In this document: in pieces, positions 29,822 to 40,694 of the stretch
Layout of the letters: each line of letters starts with the position of its first letter
How positions within the stretch are numbered: the stretch's first letter is position 1
Assembly (NCBI GenBank): GCA_042571645.1
Contig: JBHPFW010000003.1
Coordinates: 24,898-88,897 of the forward strand
Reading direction: 5' to 3'
Source: Nanobdellota archaeon
GTDB lineage: Archaea > Nanobdellota > Nanobdellia > Woesearchaeales > JBHPFW01
DNA length: 64,000 bases
Made by a program: the position numbers and the translations under genes
The notes under the pieces: model-generated
What the model was told of the DNA's origin: nothing
The model's database searches: none
What the model saw: the letters and a program-made list of their open reading frames with translations, nothing else

Positions 29822-31138
29822 TCAAATCTCTTTCTTTTTCTTATGAACTGCAACAGGTGCTTCTCCACCATGCCAGGTCGTTCTCGGGCGGATTCTCATA
29901 GGATACATTCTTTCATTGCTGTCATCAAATAATATTCCTGCACCTTTAACTCTTGGGAGATGATCGAGTTGGACACTAAGCCCTTCTCTCATATAACTTT
30001 GCATTAACATACCTAAGGCTTCAGTATCAAGTTTAGCAGTGATTCTATGACTAAGAACAGTGTCAGATTGAGTCATAACATCGGTATGTATTTTCCCTGG
30101 CTGTTGTGTAGCCAAAATCAAACAAATTCCTGGTTGGCGGCCTTCTCTCATAATAGTAATAAGAGCATTACTTGCTGCAGTTTTTCCTTTTACTGGCAAA
30201 AATTCATGAGCCTCATCAATAATCAGCCAAACAATTGGAAAATCAATTTTTTCTTTAGCCTCTTCTGAAGAGAAATAACTCATAGAACTGTGAACTTGAT
30301 CATATTCTTCATTCTTTCTTGCAATCATTCTTTCAATAAATAGTCTTTGACCTACTAAGCCAACAATTAATGCTTTAACCTTCCAGCCACCGGGCATTGT
30401 TGCATAACAGCTAACATCTAGTACAGTTACTTGGCCTCCAATAACAAGATCAGTAAGTTTAGTTCCTTCAGCATCAAAAACACCCCATTCTTTTGTACTT
30501 AATAGTCTGTTTTCTAAAGCATCCTTAACACTTTGTTCTCCTTTTGTTTCTTTCTGTATTTCTTGGATTAACTGATCAATATCAAAGTTTACTCCTTCCC
30601 TTTTTAACCTACCAACAACTTTTTCAAGAAGAATTCCAGCAGGGTCATTCGCTGTCAAGTCAAAGGTAAGATGCCAGTCTTCAGGGGTTAATTCAGCAGG
30701 CCTAAGAGTAAAAGGAAAATCTGTAGGGATGCCTTGGTCTTTGTATTTGTAATAGAATTCTTTTGGTGTAAATATTTTCACATCTAAGCCTTCTGGTTTA
30801 AGTCCCCATTGAGCTAATAGAGTTTCGTCTTTTTTGTTGGGGTATTTCATTGTCCAGTATATACCCATAGTATCAAGAAGAATAAAACTGAGGTTTTGTC
30901 GTATACGCATTGGAAGAGATGCCATTCCTTCAGCAATAACACCCATTGTATATGACTTACCGCCGCCTCTTTTTCCGCAAATAAACAATACATGGCCTTT
31001 TGCAACGTCAAGATATATGTTATTAGAAAGGGTTGTAATTCTACCCATTTTAATATATTGTTTACCAATTAAAATAGTGCCTTCTTTTCCGAACTTGTCA
31101 ATATCTGATTGGTTTCTGCCTACAATAATATCTCTCAA
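29822..31138 (-). CDS. HerA-like (DUF87) P-loop ATPase
   Basis: GKRGGGKS, IIDEAH, REGR and ATQQP motifs. Confidence 0.88.
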   Translation of the reverse strand: MRDIIVGRNQSDIDKFGKEGTILIGKQYIKMGRITTLSNNIYLDVAKGHVLFICGKRGGGKSYTMGVIAEGMASLPMRIRQNLSFILLDTMGIYWTMKYPNKKDETLLAQWGLKPEGLDVKIFTPKEFYYKYKDQGIPTDFPFTLRPAELTPEDWHLTFDLTANDPAGILLEKVVGRLKREGVNFDIDQLIQEIQKETKGEQSVKDALENRLLSTKEWGVFDAEGTKLTDLVIGGQVTVLDVSCYATMPGGWKVKALIVGLVGQRLFIERMIARKNEEYDQVHSSMSYFSSEEAKEKIDFPIVWLIIDEAHEFLPVKGKTAASNALITIMREGRQPGICLILATQQPGKIHTDVMTQSDTVLSHRITAKLDTEALGMLMQSYMREGLSVQLDHLPRVKGAGILFDDSNERMYPMRIRPRTTWHGGEAPVAVHKKKKEI

Positions 31139-31324
31139 AATGCCACCTCTTTTATTCCATTCTTTATACTATGTTTTCTTTATTGTTCTCTTTTTTTAAA
31201 TATTATTATAACCTTATTTATAAAGGAAGTTATCTAAAACTGATAACAAAACGAAATATTTTTATTCTATCACTATTATGTACTATCACATATAGAACTT
31301 TATAGTTCTTAGGGGGTTGGGAAT

Positions 31325-31807
31325 ATGGGTGATACAGATGAAGCAGGTTCTGATCTAGAGAGAGAAGTTGCAATTGAAGATAGGCTTCCAACAAAGGATG
31401 GAATTGTTAATCATATTTGGTATCAGGGAGACTTAAGAGTTGAAAAAGGTTCAGAAGCTAAATCAGGTGTTGTGGATGGCAATAATGGTGGTGCTTTAGG
31501 AATTTCTCCAGATAGCGGTGTAGTATATGTTAAATATTTATTGACTTGGCTTGATCCAGAATCATCAAGAGGATGTTTTGGAGCACATGTAGACGGTTAT
31601 AAATATGAAAAGTCAGAGGTTGTTAATGGTAATGGGGGTTCTTCAGCAGATGTTGTTTCTCCTTTTGTGTCAACAAGGGATTCACAAGGAAAACCTGTAC
31701 ACTTATCAAGCGGCAAACCTTTTGTTTTAGAAGTAGATTCTGAAGAAAAGGCAATAGGTTATTGCAGAGATTTATTGACTCAGAAATATGACTTTTTAGG
31801 GAGTTAA
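31325..31807 (+). CDS. hypothetical protein
   Basis: 160 aa ORF with a G-rich RBS. Confidence 0.6.
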   Translation: MGDTDEAGSDLEREVAIEDRLPTKDGIVNHIWYQGDLRVEKGSEAKSGVVDGNNGGALGISPDSGVVYVKYLLTWLDPESSRGCFGAHVDGYKYEKSEVVNGNGGSSADVVSPFVSTRDSQGKPVHLSSGKPFVLEVDSEEKAIGYCRDLLTQKYDFLGS

Positions 31808-31826
31808 ACTTTAATTATTTAATTAT

Positions 31827-31946
31827 TTATTTCTTTTTATTTTTGGGTTTAGCTACAAGGTATTGTACTGCCATGCTTAACCTTCCAAGTATAAGGCCTA
31901 TGCAGAAAAAGCTGAAGTAAATAACATATTTCATCCATTCTTCCAT
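31827..31946 (-). CDS. small single-TM protein (39 aa), below ORF-track cutoff
   Basis: MEEWMKYVIYFSFFCIGLILGRLSMAVQYLVAKPKNKKK, with an AAGGAG RBS upstream. Confidence 0.6.
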   Translation of the reverse strand: MEEWMKYVIYFSFFCIGLILGRLSMAVQYLVAKPKNKKK

Positions 31947-32205
31947 TTTGGGGGTTCTCCTTTTTCTTTATTGAACTATTCTTAATGTCACTGTTTCAAT
32001 GCTTTACTTAGGTCTCGCAAGCAACTCCTTTTTAAGGGTTATCTAAGTTTTCTATATATAATACTTGTATTGGCCACATCTGCTGCCTTAATCAATATAA
32101 TCTAGAAAACCCCTCTTATACTTATCTGATGATTATATCCAGAAACCTACTCTATATCACCATAAACTATATAAATAGACACTATTTGGTTGCTATTTAG
32201 TAGGG

Positions 32206-33087
32206 GTGGATAAGCTAATGGAAATACGAAATATCCAGAAAACAGGCAATATGCACTATTTGTACCTTCCTACAAAGTGGTGCAAGGCAAATAAAATCAA
32301 TTCTGATTCAAAGGTATCTGTTGATCTTGATGAAAGAGGGAATTTGATTGTATCCCCAAAGATAGTGGAAAGGCTTAAGAAGAAATTAATGCTTAAAGTC
32401 TCAGAAGATAATCAGGAGCTTATAAACATGCTTTTGGTAGCATGTTACATAAATCCTACTGATTCATTCAAGATAAATCTTGATAAAGAACTTGATTTTA
32501 CAAAGATTCTTGATCAAAAAAAACTAATAAGCTTGGAAGTTGTTGAGCTGGATGGAAGCACAATATCTTGTGATTCTCCGATAACAATAGCTGATACAGA
32601 ATCTTTGCTTAAGACATTGGTAAGCAAGATAAGAAATATGCTTTTTGTCATGAGCAATAATTACAACCGGGAGCTTATTGAGAGATATGAAGAGGAAGTT
32701 GACAGGACAAAACTGCATTTAGAGAAGTCAGTGATAGAAGCATTCACTTTTGGCAGATCTTCGAGGACAAAAGCAATAGATTTGTATTATTATTCTCTTA
32801 TAGCAAGACAGCTTGAGCAGGCAGTGGATTATCTTGTATCGCTTGATGAAAAAGAACAAAAGTTCTTCAAAATAATGCTTGATATAATAAACACTTTAAA
32901 GGATATCTTGGATAATCAGGACCATTTTGATTATAATACTGTGTTAAAATTTACAAAGAAGGTAATGGATATTGAAAAAATTAGAGTTAAGGATGTTGCG
33001 ACATATGACAAGAGAAGAGCCAAGAGATGTATGCTTAATGTGGCAGAGGTTCTCTTGGATAAATCGATAACAAAGGAGCTGGAATAG
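32206..33087 (+). CDS. AbrB-domain / PhoU-like regulator
   Basis: N-terminal RNIQKTG..YLYLPTKW AbrB signature and a helical PhoU-like EEEVDR region. Confidence 0.75.
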   Translation: MDKLMEIRNIQKTGNMHYLYLPTKWCKANKINSDSKVSVDLDERGNLIVSPKIVERLKKKLMLKVSEDNQELINMLLVACYINPTDSFKINLDKELDFTKILDQKKLISLEVVELDGSTISCDSPITIADTESLLKTLVSKIRNMLFVMSNNYNRELIERYEEEVDRTKLHLEKSVIEAFTFGRSSRTKAIDLYYYSLIARQLEQAVDYLVSLDEKEQKFFKIMLDIINTLKDILDNQDHFDYNTVLKFTKKVMDIEKIRVKDVATYDKRRAKRCMLNVAEVLLDKSITKELE

Positions 33088-33282
33088 AATACAGTTAGAA
33101 TAAAAATAAAAAGGGATGAAAATAGGAAAACTAATATACTAACAATATACTAAATATTTTTCATATAATATATAGAACATATTATTAATTAGGGAGAAGA
33201 AAAAAACAAGAGAACAATAGAGCTAAAAAATCTTTAAAAAAGCCTTTTATTTGTTTATGGGGGTTTAGGATAGGGGATCAAG

Positions 33283-33603
33283 ATGAAAAAAGACATTATA
33301 ATCCAAATAAAACAATCTGAACAACAAGCTAAGTCTAAAATTGAGAAAGCTGAGCAAAAAAAGCAGGAAATAATCCAAGATGCGAAAAAAGAGCTTCTAA
33401 ACAGGCTTGATAAACTCAATGAGGACTTTGAAGGAAAAAAAGAAGAAGCCATAACAGTTAAGAGAGAGGAATTAGAACAGGAACGCCAGAAAATTCTGAA
33501 AAATACAGAAAAGGAGCTTTCTGAGCTTGAGTCAGAAGCAAGTAGCAATATGACTGATACAATAGAACATATTGTCAAGAAATTTGAAGATATTAATAAA
33601 TGA
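33283..33603 (+). CDS. atpH: A-type ATP synthase subunit H (G)
   Basis: Charged coiled coil at the first position of the operon. Confidence 0.8.
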   Translation: MKKDIIIQIKQSEQQAKSKIEKAEQKKQEIIQDAKKELLNRLDKLNEDFEGKKEEAITVKREELEQERQKILKNTEKELSELESEASSNMTDTIEHIVKKFEDINK

Positions 33604-33713
33604 GACAGTTATATAAATGAGACATTTGGGGTTTGATTTAGAATTTAAGTTTAATGTGATTTATTCATTTATTCATTTGTGAGAATTCATTTGCGAGATT
33701 AAGGAAAACTAAA

Positions 33714-36161
33714 ATGCTAAGAGCAAAACGAATGACTAAAGTTGGTGTAGTTGGGCCAAAATCTGAGCAGGAAAAGCTAATCGAGAAGCTTCATGAATTG
33801 AATGTAATGCATATCGAGCAGCACAAAGCAGATGAAGAGTTGGATATTGGCAAACCATTGGGTAAGGCAGCCGAATTATCTGAAGTGCTGGTGAAACTTA
33901 GATCTGCTGCTTCTCATTTAGATGTTACTGAGCCAACAAGTAGGCATGTTATAAAAAAGCTTAAGAAAAAAAAGCTTGATCTAAAGCAAGTCAATAAAAA
34001 TACCCACAAGATATATTCAGAAATTCTCACAATTATAAATAAGAAAAACGAACTCCAAGAGAAAAGAAATGTTCTTGCAGATCTGAGAGAAGAACTCAAT
34101 CTATTGGTGCATCTAAATCTTCCTCCAGAAGCTATTGAACAATCTGAATCACTAGCAGCATTTATAGGTTATACTGAAAAGGAAATATTGAATCTTAAAG
34201 GGAAGATAGAGCAGATAACCAAGACTTTTGAATTAAGACAAAGGAAAAATGAGAAAAATTATGTTGCTGTTTTTGTATCCAAAGAAGATGAAGAAAAAGT
34301 AAAAACCTTGCTTAATGAAATTAAGTTCATACCTATAGAATTTAAGAAACTTGGGAATATAAGGGGTATGCCTTCAGACCAAATATCTCAAATAAATAAA
34401 CAAACTTTGCTTTTAGAAAAGTATGATAAGGAATGTTCAAAAGAGCTTGATAAAATTAAGACTGACTGGGCAGAATTTGTCTCTGCTCATATTGCATTGA
34501 TAGAGGAAGATCTGGAAAAAGCAGAAGCTCCATTAAAATTTGGAGCTACAGAAGAAGCTTTTTTCATAACTGGCTGGGTTCCTAAGAAAAGATTTGAAAA
34601 AGTGAAAGACGAGTTAATCATTTCAACAGATGAGCATCTTTATGTTGAAGAAGTTTCAATAGAAAAGACAGACTCAGTGCCAATAGAACTTCAGCACAGT
34701 GCTTTAGTTAGGCCGTTTCAGTTTTTCATGGACCTATACTCACTGCCATCTTACAAAGAAATAGATCCAACTGTTCTGATGTTTTTTACATTCCCTTTGT
34801 TTTTTGGCATAATGCTGGGGGATGTCGGTTATGGGATTGTTACCCTTCTACTTTGGGTTTTCTTGAAGAGAAAAATTCCATCAGCCAGAGCATTGTTGAA
34901 TATAATGATTTTTGCGTCAATATTCTCAATTATTTTTGGTGGAGTATATGGTGAGTATTTTGGATTTGAGACTGTTTCAGAAGGAACAGGAGAGTGGATG
35001 TGTAGTAATACAGGCATATGCCTTCAAAAAGTGTTGAATGGCCACGGAAATGGCAATGGAAATGCAGAGGCTGAACACAATGGTGCTGCAGAGCATAATG
35101 GTGAGGCTGAATATAGCACATTAGAAGAACATGAGACCGAAGTTGTTACTCAGACTTATTCAAGTATGGAGCAAGAAATTATAGATGAAGAATCAGAAGA
35201 TGATAATGTTGCAGATTATGAAGATTATGAATTAAAAAATACAGAAGAAGTTGCAGAAGAAGTTTATGAAGATTCAGAATATGTTGATTTAGAATATGTG
35301 GATTCAGAAGATTCAGAAGAAGCTGAAGAATCAGAATATTATGAAGATCATGAAGAAGAAACCATCACTCAAGTGGCTTCTACCTATGAAACAGAACAGG
35401 GTGCAGAGACTGAAGAACTTGAGGAAGGAGAGGAAGGAGAAGATCATGCAACATCTGCAGCAGCCGCAACTACTTCGGCAAGTGCTTCTCATGAGGATAA
35501 TAATGGTGGAAATAATGGTCATAGCGAAGTTGTTTATACATTTCCAAGACTGCTTAACAGACTTCATGGAGAGCTTGATCTTGGGGGAGTAAGACTTCCT
35601 GTTATTCTTGCAATAGGTGCATTTATCGGTTTTTTGCATCTTAATCTAGCTTTGGTGCTGGGTTTCATAAATGAACTAGGACATGGACTATGGAAAGCAT
35701 TTTGTGCAAAGATAAGTTGGATGGTGTTGCAAGCAGGAGTAGTATTGCTTGCGTTAGGTTATACTGGACAGGGTATTCCTGTTTTTGTAGGTTGGATTGT
35801 GTTAGTAATATCAATGGTATTGTTATATCTTGGAGAAGGAGTTAATGGTTTAGTTGAGATGCCGGCAATCTTTAGTAACATGCTGTCGTATATGAGGTTA
35901 GGTGCTGTAGGATTAGCTTCAGTAGGATTAGCAGTAGTTGTGAATGAAAACTTCGGCATTCCATTTATCCAAAAAGGAGGGATCTTTATTTTTGTTGGTT
36001 TGCTGCTTATGTTTTTAGGGCATGCAGTTAACATTGCATTAGGGGTAATAGGCCCATTTTTACACTCATTAAGACTTCATTACGTGGAATTCTTTACTAA
36101 GTTTTTCCGCGGTGGAGGCAAAAGATATGAGCCTTTCGGTCAAAATGGTGAAGGAAATTAG
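33714..36161 (+). CDS. atpI: A-type ATP synthase subunit I (a) with acidic insertion
   Basis: YSLPSYKEIDPT, FGIMLGDVGYG, LSYMRL and LRLHYVEFFTKF motifs. Confidence 0.95.
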   Translation: MLRAKRMTKVGVVGPKSEQEKLIEKLHELNVMHIEQHKADEELDIGKPLGKAAELSEVLVKLRSAASHLDVTEPTSRHVIKKLKKKKLDLKQVNKNTHKIYSEILTIINKKNELQEKRNVLADLREELNLLVHLNLPPEAIEQSESLAAFIGYTEKEILNLKGKIEQITKTFELRQRKNEKNYVAVFVSKEDEEKVKTLLNEIKFIPIEFKKLGNIRGMPSDQISQINKQTLLLEKYDKECSKELDKIKTDWAEFVSAHIALIEEDLEKAEAPLKFGATEEAFFITGWVPKKRFEKVKDELIISTDEHLYVEEVSIEKTDSVPIELQHSALVRPFQFFMDLYSLPSYKEIDPTVLMFFTFPLFFGIMLGDVGYGIVTLLLWVFLKRKIPSARALLNIMIFASIFSIIFGGVYGEYFGFETVSEGTGEWMCSNTGICLQKVLNGHGNGNGNAEAEHNGAAEHNGEAEYSTLEEHETEVVTQTYSSMEQEIIDEESEDDNVADYEDYELKNTEEVAEEVYEDSEYVDLEYVDSEDSEEAEESEYYEDHEEETITQVASTYETEQGAETEELEEGEEGEDHATSAAAATTSASASHEDNNGGNNGHSEVVYTFPRLLNRLHGELDLGGVRLPVILAIGAFIGFLHLNLALVLGFINELGHGLWKAFCAKISWMVLQAGVVLLALGYTGQGIPVFVGWIVLVISMVLLYLGEGVNGLVEMPAIFSNMLSYMRLGAVGLASVGLAVVVNENFGIPFIQKGGIFIFVGLLLMFLGHAVNIALGVIGPFLHSLRLHYVEFFTKFFRGGGKRYEPFGQNGEGN

Positions 36162-36254
36162 ATAAGTAAGAGTATATAAAATATAAAATAAAATTGAAAA
36201 TAAATTGGAAATGAAAACAAGGAATGTTCCAAAACAAATAGGGAGGTTAAGAAA

Positions 36255-36482
36255 ATGGAAATAACCACAGCAGGAATGGCTGCTTTTAGTGCAGCAATAG
36301 CAATAGCTGGGACTGCAATAGCAGCAGCAATGGCAGAGAAAGCTATCGGTGCAGCAGCAGTTGGTGCCATGGCTGAGAAAGAAGAGCTATTTGGTAAGGG
36401 GTTAATCCTTACAGTTATTCCGGAAACAATTGTAATTTTCGGTTTAGTAGTAGCTATTCTGATAATAGGTCTTGCTGGATAA
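36255..36482 (+). CDS. atpK: A-type ATP synthase subunit K (c), single hairpin
   Basis: Two TM helices and the IPETIVIFG carboxylate motif. Confidence 0.93.
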   Translation: MEITTAGMAAFSAAIAIAGTAIAAAMAEKAIGAAAVGAMAEKEELFGKGLILTVIPETIVIFGLVVAILIIGLAG

Positions 36483-36528
36483 ACCTGTTAGACAATAACA
36501 GGTGACAGCTATCCTTTAAGGGTAGTTG
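36483..36528 (+). other. twin hairpin after atpK (possible mRNA stabiliser/processing signal)
   Basis: ACCTGTTA/TAACAGGT and CAGCTATCCT/AGGGTAGTTG stems. Confidence 0.5.
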
Positions 36529-36618
36529 ACATCCTTATGACCTTTTATCAGCCATTTTTATAATAAAAACAATAGAACCTTTATGTAGTAACCATCAAGG
36601 TTAATTGGGTGGAGAAAA

Positions 36619-37167
36619 ATGGGCTTAGAAAAAGTAAAAGATGAAATTTTGAATAACGCAGACAAGAATGCTCAGTCAATAATAGCTGAAGGCCTGAAAG
36701 AAGCAGACTTAGTACTTTCAGAGTTAGGAGACAAAACAAAAGAACTAGAAGAGAAAACACAAGGAGAAATAAAGAATCTATTGGCGGCTGTAGAAAGAAG
36801 AGATATTGCTTCTGCAAAGTTTGAAGCCAAAAGAATGATCCTTGACAAAAAGAAAGAGCTGATTGACGAAGCATTTGAGAAAGCAAAGCAAAACATAGCA
36901 AATTTGGAATCAGGCAAAAACAGGCAGATAGTAAAAGATCTCATAAAGAAAGCAAAATTAGAGTTGCCAGATATAAAAACAATATACGCCAATAAAAAAG
37001 ACAAAGCCAATGTTACAGGCTTAAATTTCAGAGAAATAGACATAATTGGCGGGATAATAGCTGAAAACTCTGACGCTTCAATACGAGTAGATTACAGTTT
37101 TGATACACTGCTTGAGGACATGAAAGAGAAAGAGCTTCAAAATATATCTGAGATGCTATTCAAATAA
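36619..37167 (+). CDS. atpE: A-type ATP synthase subunit E
   Basis: MGLEKV start, GGIIAE..RVDYSFD, and operon position. Confidence 0.9.
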   Translation: MGLEKVKDEILNNADKNAQSIIAEGLKEADLVLSELGDKTKELEEKTQGEIKNLLAAVERRDIASAKFEAKRMILDKKKELIDEAFEKAKQNIANLESGKNRQIVKDLIKKAKLELPDIKTIYANKKDKANVTGLNFREIDIIGGIIAENSDASIRVDYSFDTLLEDMKEKELQNISEMLFK

Positions 37168-37221
37168 TATGTTGAAATTATGTTAAAATAGGAAAAGGTA
37201 GAGAAAAGAAAAGGTAGACTG

Positions 37222-38313
37222 ATGAAACAAACATTAAAGTCTTTAGAGCAGCAGGAAAATGGAGGAATCACATTAGGATTCTATCCATACACTCTTGTTA
37301 GAGTAATCGTGATGAGAAGCAAACTTCTCAAGAAGGAAGAATATCATAAACTCATGAAGATGAAGTTTGGGGAAATAGCCAAACATCTGCAGGATTCAGA
37401 ATACAAGAAAGAAATAAATGAGTTTGGTGTAAGATATTCCGGGGCGAATTTACTGGAGGTTGCGCTTACCAGAAATCTTGCAAGAACATTCCAAAAACTC
37501 AGGAGAATAGCTGAAGGAAATCTTCAGCTTGTTGTAGATGCTTATATGCATAGAAATGATATCTGGAATATCAAAAATATTCTGAGAGGGAAATTTGTGG
37601 GTATGTCAGAACAGGAAATAGAAGACACTTTAATACCCTCAGGAAATATAAAAGAAGAAATCCTGAGTGCCATAGTAAGAAAAGATTCAATTGAGGATGT
37701 AATATCATTAATTCCAATTTTGAGCAAGGAAGAGACAAAAAGTTCTTTAGAGTCATATAAACAGAATAAAGATCTTATTGGTGTTGAAAATATTTTGGAG
37801 ATGAATTATATAAATTTCACACTTAGATTTGCAAACAGACTCACAAAACAAGGAAAACTCTTCAAAGAACTTCTTGAGCAGGAAGTTAACATTAAGAATC
37901 TTATAACTGTTTTAAGGCTTAAGAGAGAAAACCTTGATAAAAAAGACATAGAAAAAAGCATGCTGGTATCAAAAGAACTCAAACAAAGCAAGGAATATCA
38001 AAAACTAGCAGAACTTCCGAGTTTTGAAAAAGCATTAGAATATCTTAAGAAACATCCTGAATACAAGAAAGTTGTTCAGAGAGGAATAGAAAGCTATCAA
38101 AAGGATGGTTCGCTTATAGCTCTCGAGGCAGACCTAAATAAATACATACTGAGGAAAGCACTTCTTCTGCAGCATCAACATCCATTATCTGCGGATATAA
38201 TACTTGGATTTATGCTGGCAAAGGAGCAGGAAGTGAGGAATCTTAAAGCCATAATAAAAGGAAAACAACTGGGTCTTGAGGATGAATTCATAGAGAGTAA
38301 TCTAATAATATAA
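37222..38313 (+). CDS. atpC: A-type ATP synthase subunit C
   Basis: DIWNIK and KEQEVRNLKAI motifs, and operon position. Confidence 0.9.
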   Translation: MKQTLKSLEQQENGGITLGFYPYTLVRVIVMRSKLLKKEEYHKLMKMKFGEIAKHLQDSEYKKEINEFGVRYSGANLLEVALTRNLARTFQKLRRIAEGNLQLVVDAYMHRNDIWNIKNILRGKFVGMSEQEIEDTLIPSGNIKEEILSAIVRKDSIEDVISLIPILSKEETKSSLESYKQNKDLIGVENILEMNYINFTLRFANRLTKQGKLFKELLEQEVNIKNLITVLRLKRENLDKKDIEKSMLVSKELKQSKEYQKLAELPSFEKALEYLKKHPEYKKVVQRGIESYQKDGSLIALEADLNKYILRKALLLQHQHPLSADIILGFMLAKEQEVRNLKAIIKGKQLGLEDEFIESNLII

Positions 38314-38392
38314 ATATAATATAAATTCAAGATATGAAATATTCAAGATATGAAATTAAAATAACAGAATTAAAATAACATGCCGGATTAAA

Positions 38393-38704
38393 ATGAGAGA
38401 GATATGTGTTGTCGGGGGAGGAGATTTTGTGCTTGGTTTTGCACTTTCAGGAATAAAAAGACTAATTGAGATAGATGAAATAGAACAGACTGCAAATACA
38501 ATCAAGGAATTAATGTCTGATAAATCATTAGGAATAATACTTGTCGATGAAAAATTGATGACCAACATGGATGCAAGAGACAGAGAAGACCTAGAAGCAT
38601 CTGCAGATCCAGTAATAATATCATTATCAACTGAAGCAAGCCAGGAAAGTTTGCGGAAGCTAATCAAAAAATCAATAGGCATAGACCTAATGGCTGATGA
38701 TTAG
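38393..38704 (+). CDS. atpF: A-type ATP synthase subunit F
   Basis: VVG..DFVLGFALSGI and IKKSIGIDL motifs. Confidence 0.92.
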   Translation: MREICVVGGGDFVLGFALSGIKRLIEIDEIEQTANTIKELMSDKSLGIILVDEKLMTNMDARDREDLEASADPVIISLSTEASQESLRKLIKKSIGIDLMADD

Positions 38705-38803
38705 CTAAATTAAAATTATATTATACTTATTCAAAGCAAATATGGAGAAAAACTAATAAGAAAAAACATAACAAAATTACACTAACTGAGAAGGTGGTAA
38801 AGA

Positions 38804-40552
38804 ATGACAAATGGAACTGGAACTAAAGGAAAATTGGCAAGGATCGCCGGCCCAGTAGTTGTTGCAAAAGAATTGGCAGCAAGGATGTATGATCTTGTAA
38901 GAGTTGGCAATGAAAAATTAATGGGTGAAGTAATCCAAATAGATGGAGAAAAAGTCATAATTCAGGTTTATGAAGATACATCAGGCATAACTCCTGGAGA
39001 ACCTGTCGAGAATACAGGACAGTCTCTTTCAGTTGAGCTTGGTCCGGGCTTGCTTAGAAGTATCTATGATGGAATTCAGAGGCCTTTGCCTGTATTGGCT
39101 GAAAAAATGGGTGACTTTATCGAGAGAGGAGTAGATGCTCCAGGATTAGATGAAGAAAAGAAATGGGAATTTAAAGCAACAGCTAGTAAAGGTGATGATG
39201 TTCAAGGCGGAGACATAATTGGAGAAGTAAAAGAAACAGAAGGATTCACACACTATATAATGATTCCACCAAATATCAAAGGAAAAATAACTGAGATAAA
39301 TTCAGGAAGCTTTACTGTGAATGAGGCTGTAGCTAAAGTTGATAATAATGAAATAATCATGAAACAAGAATGGCCAGTGAGAATTCCAAGGCCAGTAAAA
39401 CAAAAACTTGCTCCAACTAGACCATTAATAACGGGCCAAAGAATATTTGATGTTCTTTTTCCATTGGCAAAAGGAGGTTCAGGTGCTATTCCGGGGCCGT
39501 TTGGTGCAGGTAAAACAGTATCCCAGCAGCAGTTAGCTAAATGGTGCGATGCTGACATCATTGTATACATTGGTTGCGGGGAAAGAGGAAATGAAATGAC
39601 AGAAGTATTAACAGAATTTCCTCATCTAAAAGATCCAAAATCAGGAAGACCGTTAATGGACAGAACAGTACTTATTGCAAACACATCTAATATGCCAGTA
39701 GCAGCAAGAGAGGCTTCAGTATATACTGGAGTCACAATTGCAGAATACTTCAGGGATATGGGTTATGATGTGGCGTTAATGGCAGACTCAACTTCAAGAT
39801 GGGCAGAAGCAATGAGGGAGATCTCATCAAGATTAGAGGAGATGCCTGGCGAGGAAGGATATCCTGCTTATCTCTCGACAAGATTAGCGGAATTCTATGA
39901 AAGAGCTTCTCCAGTAAAAACATTAGGATCTGACAAAGAGGGTTCAGTCACAATTATTGGAGCAGTGAGTCCACCTGGCGGGGATTTTTCAGAGCCAGTA
40001 ACACAGAATACCTTGAGAGTAGCTAAAACATTTTGGGCGTTAGATGCAAAACTAGCTCAAAGAAGACATTTTCCATCTATAAACTGGCTTACATCATACA
40101 GCCTTTACCTGACTACACTTGAACCGTGGTTTGCAGAAGAGGTTGCAGGTGATTGGAGACAATATGTTGACAGAGTGATGACAATTCTTCAAGAAGAAGA
40201 AAAACTAATGGAGATTGTGCAGTTAGTTGGTAGTGATTCATTGCCAGACAGACAACAATTGACTCTTGAAGTAGCAAGGTTGATAAGGGAGTTTTTACTT
40301 CAGCAAAATGCTTTCCACGATGTAGATACATTCTGCACATTGGCTAAAAGCTACAGGCTGATGAAGACAATCATGCATTTCAATGATACAGCAAATAATG
40401 CACTTGATAAAGGAGCTAGAGTAAAGGATATCCTGGGAACAACAGCAAAAGAAGATATCTCACTAGCTAAATTCGAGAAGGATTATGAAAAAGTCCTTAC
40501 TCAAGTAGAGAAGGACATGGCATCAGAGTTTAATAAACTCAAGTTTGCTTAA
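38804..40552 (+). CDS. atpA: A-type ATP synthase subunit A
   Basis: [16 protein letters not shown] and EEGYPAYL motifs. Confidence 0.98.
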   Translation: MTNGTGTKGKLARIAGPVVVAKELAARMYDLVRVGNEKLMGEVIQIDGEKVIIQVYEDTSGITPGEPVENTGQSLSVELGPGLLRSIYDGIQRPLPVLAEKMGDFIERGVDAPGLDEEKKWEFKATASKGDDVQGGDIIGEVKETEGFTHYIMIPPNIKGKITEINSGSFTVNEAVAKVDNNEIIMKQEWPVRIPRPVKQKLAPTRPLITGQRIFDVLFPLAKGGSGAIPGPFGAGKTVSQQQLAKWCDADIIVYIGCGERGNEMTEVLTEFPHLKDPKSGRPLMDRTVLIANTSNMPVAAREASVYTGVTIAEYFRDMGYDVALMADSTSRWAEAMREISSRLEEMPGEEGYPAYLSTRLAEFYERASPVKTLGSDKEGSVTIIGAVSPPGGDFSEPVTQNTLRVAKTFWALDAKLAQRRHFPSINWLTSYSLYLTTLEPWFAEEVAGDWRQYVDRVMTILQEEEKLMEIVQLVGSDSLPDRQQLTLEVARLIREFLLQQNAFHDVDTFCTLAKSYRLMKTIMHFNDTANNALDKGARVKDILGTTAKEDISLAKFEKDYEKVLTQVEKDMASEFNKLKFA

Positions 40553-40577
40553 AGATCATAGTTAAAGGTGATAAGAA

Positions 40578-40694
40578 ATGAAACAAAAAAAATCAAAGAC
40601 ACTAAAAAATTCTAAAAAAATTTTGTGTGTGCCAGAAATCAAAAGATTTCTGAGCATTTTTGAGTTCCATAAAATCACAGGGGTGATTTTATGA
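40578..40694 (+). other. three-hairpin element forming a 38-codon mini-ORF coupled to atpB
   Basis: Hairpins CAGAAATC/GATTTCTG and ATAAAATCAC/GTGATTTTAT. It has its own AGGTGAT RBS, and its TGA overlaps the atpB ATG. Confidence 0.55.

Noticed and set aside
36255..36482. Assigning Na+ versus H+ specificity to the c subunit
   Set aside because: It has E...ET but Phe in place of the usual Tyr, so it is ambiguous from sequence alone.
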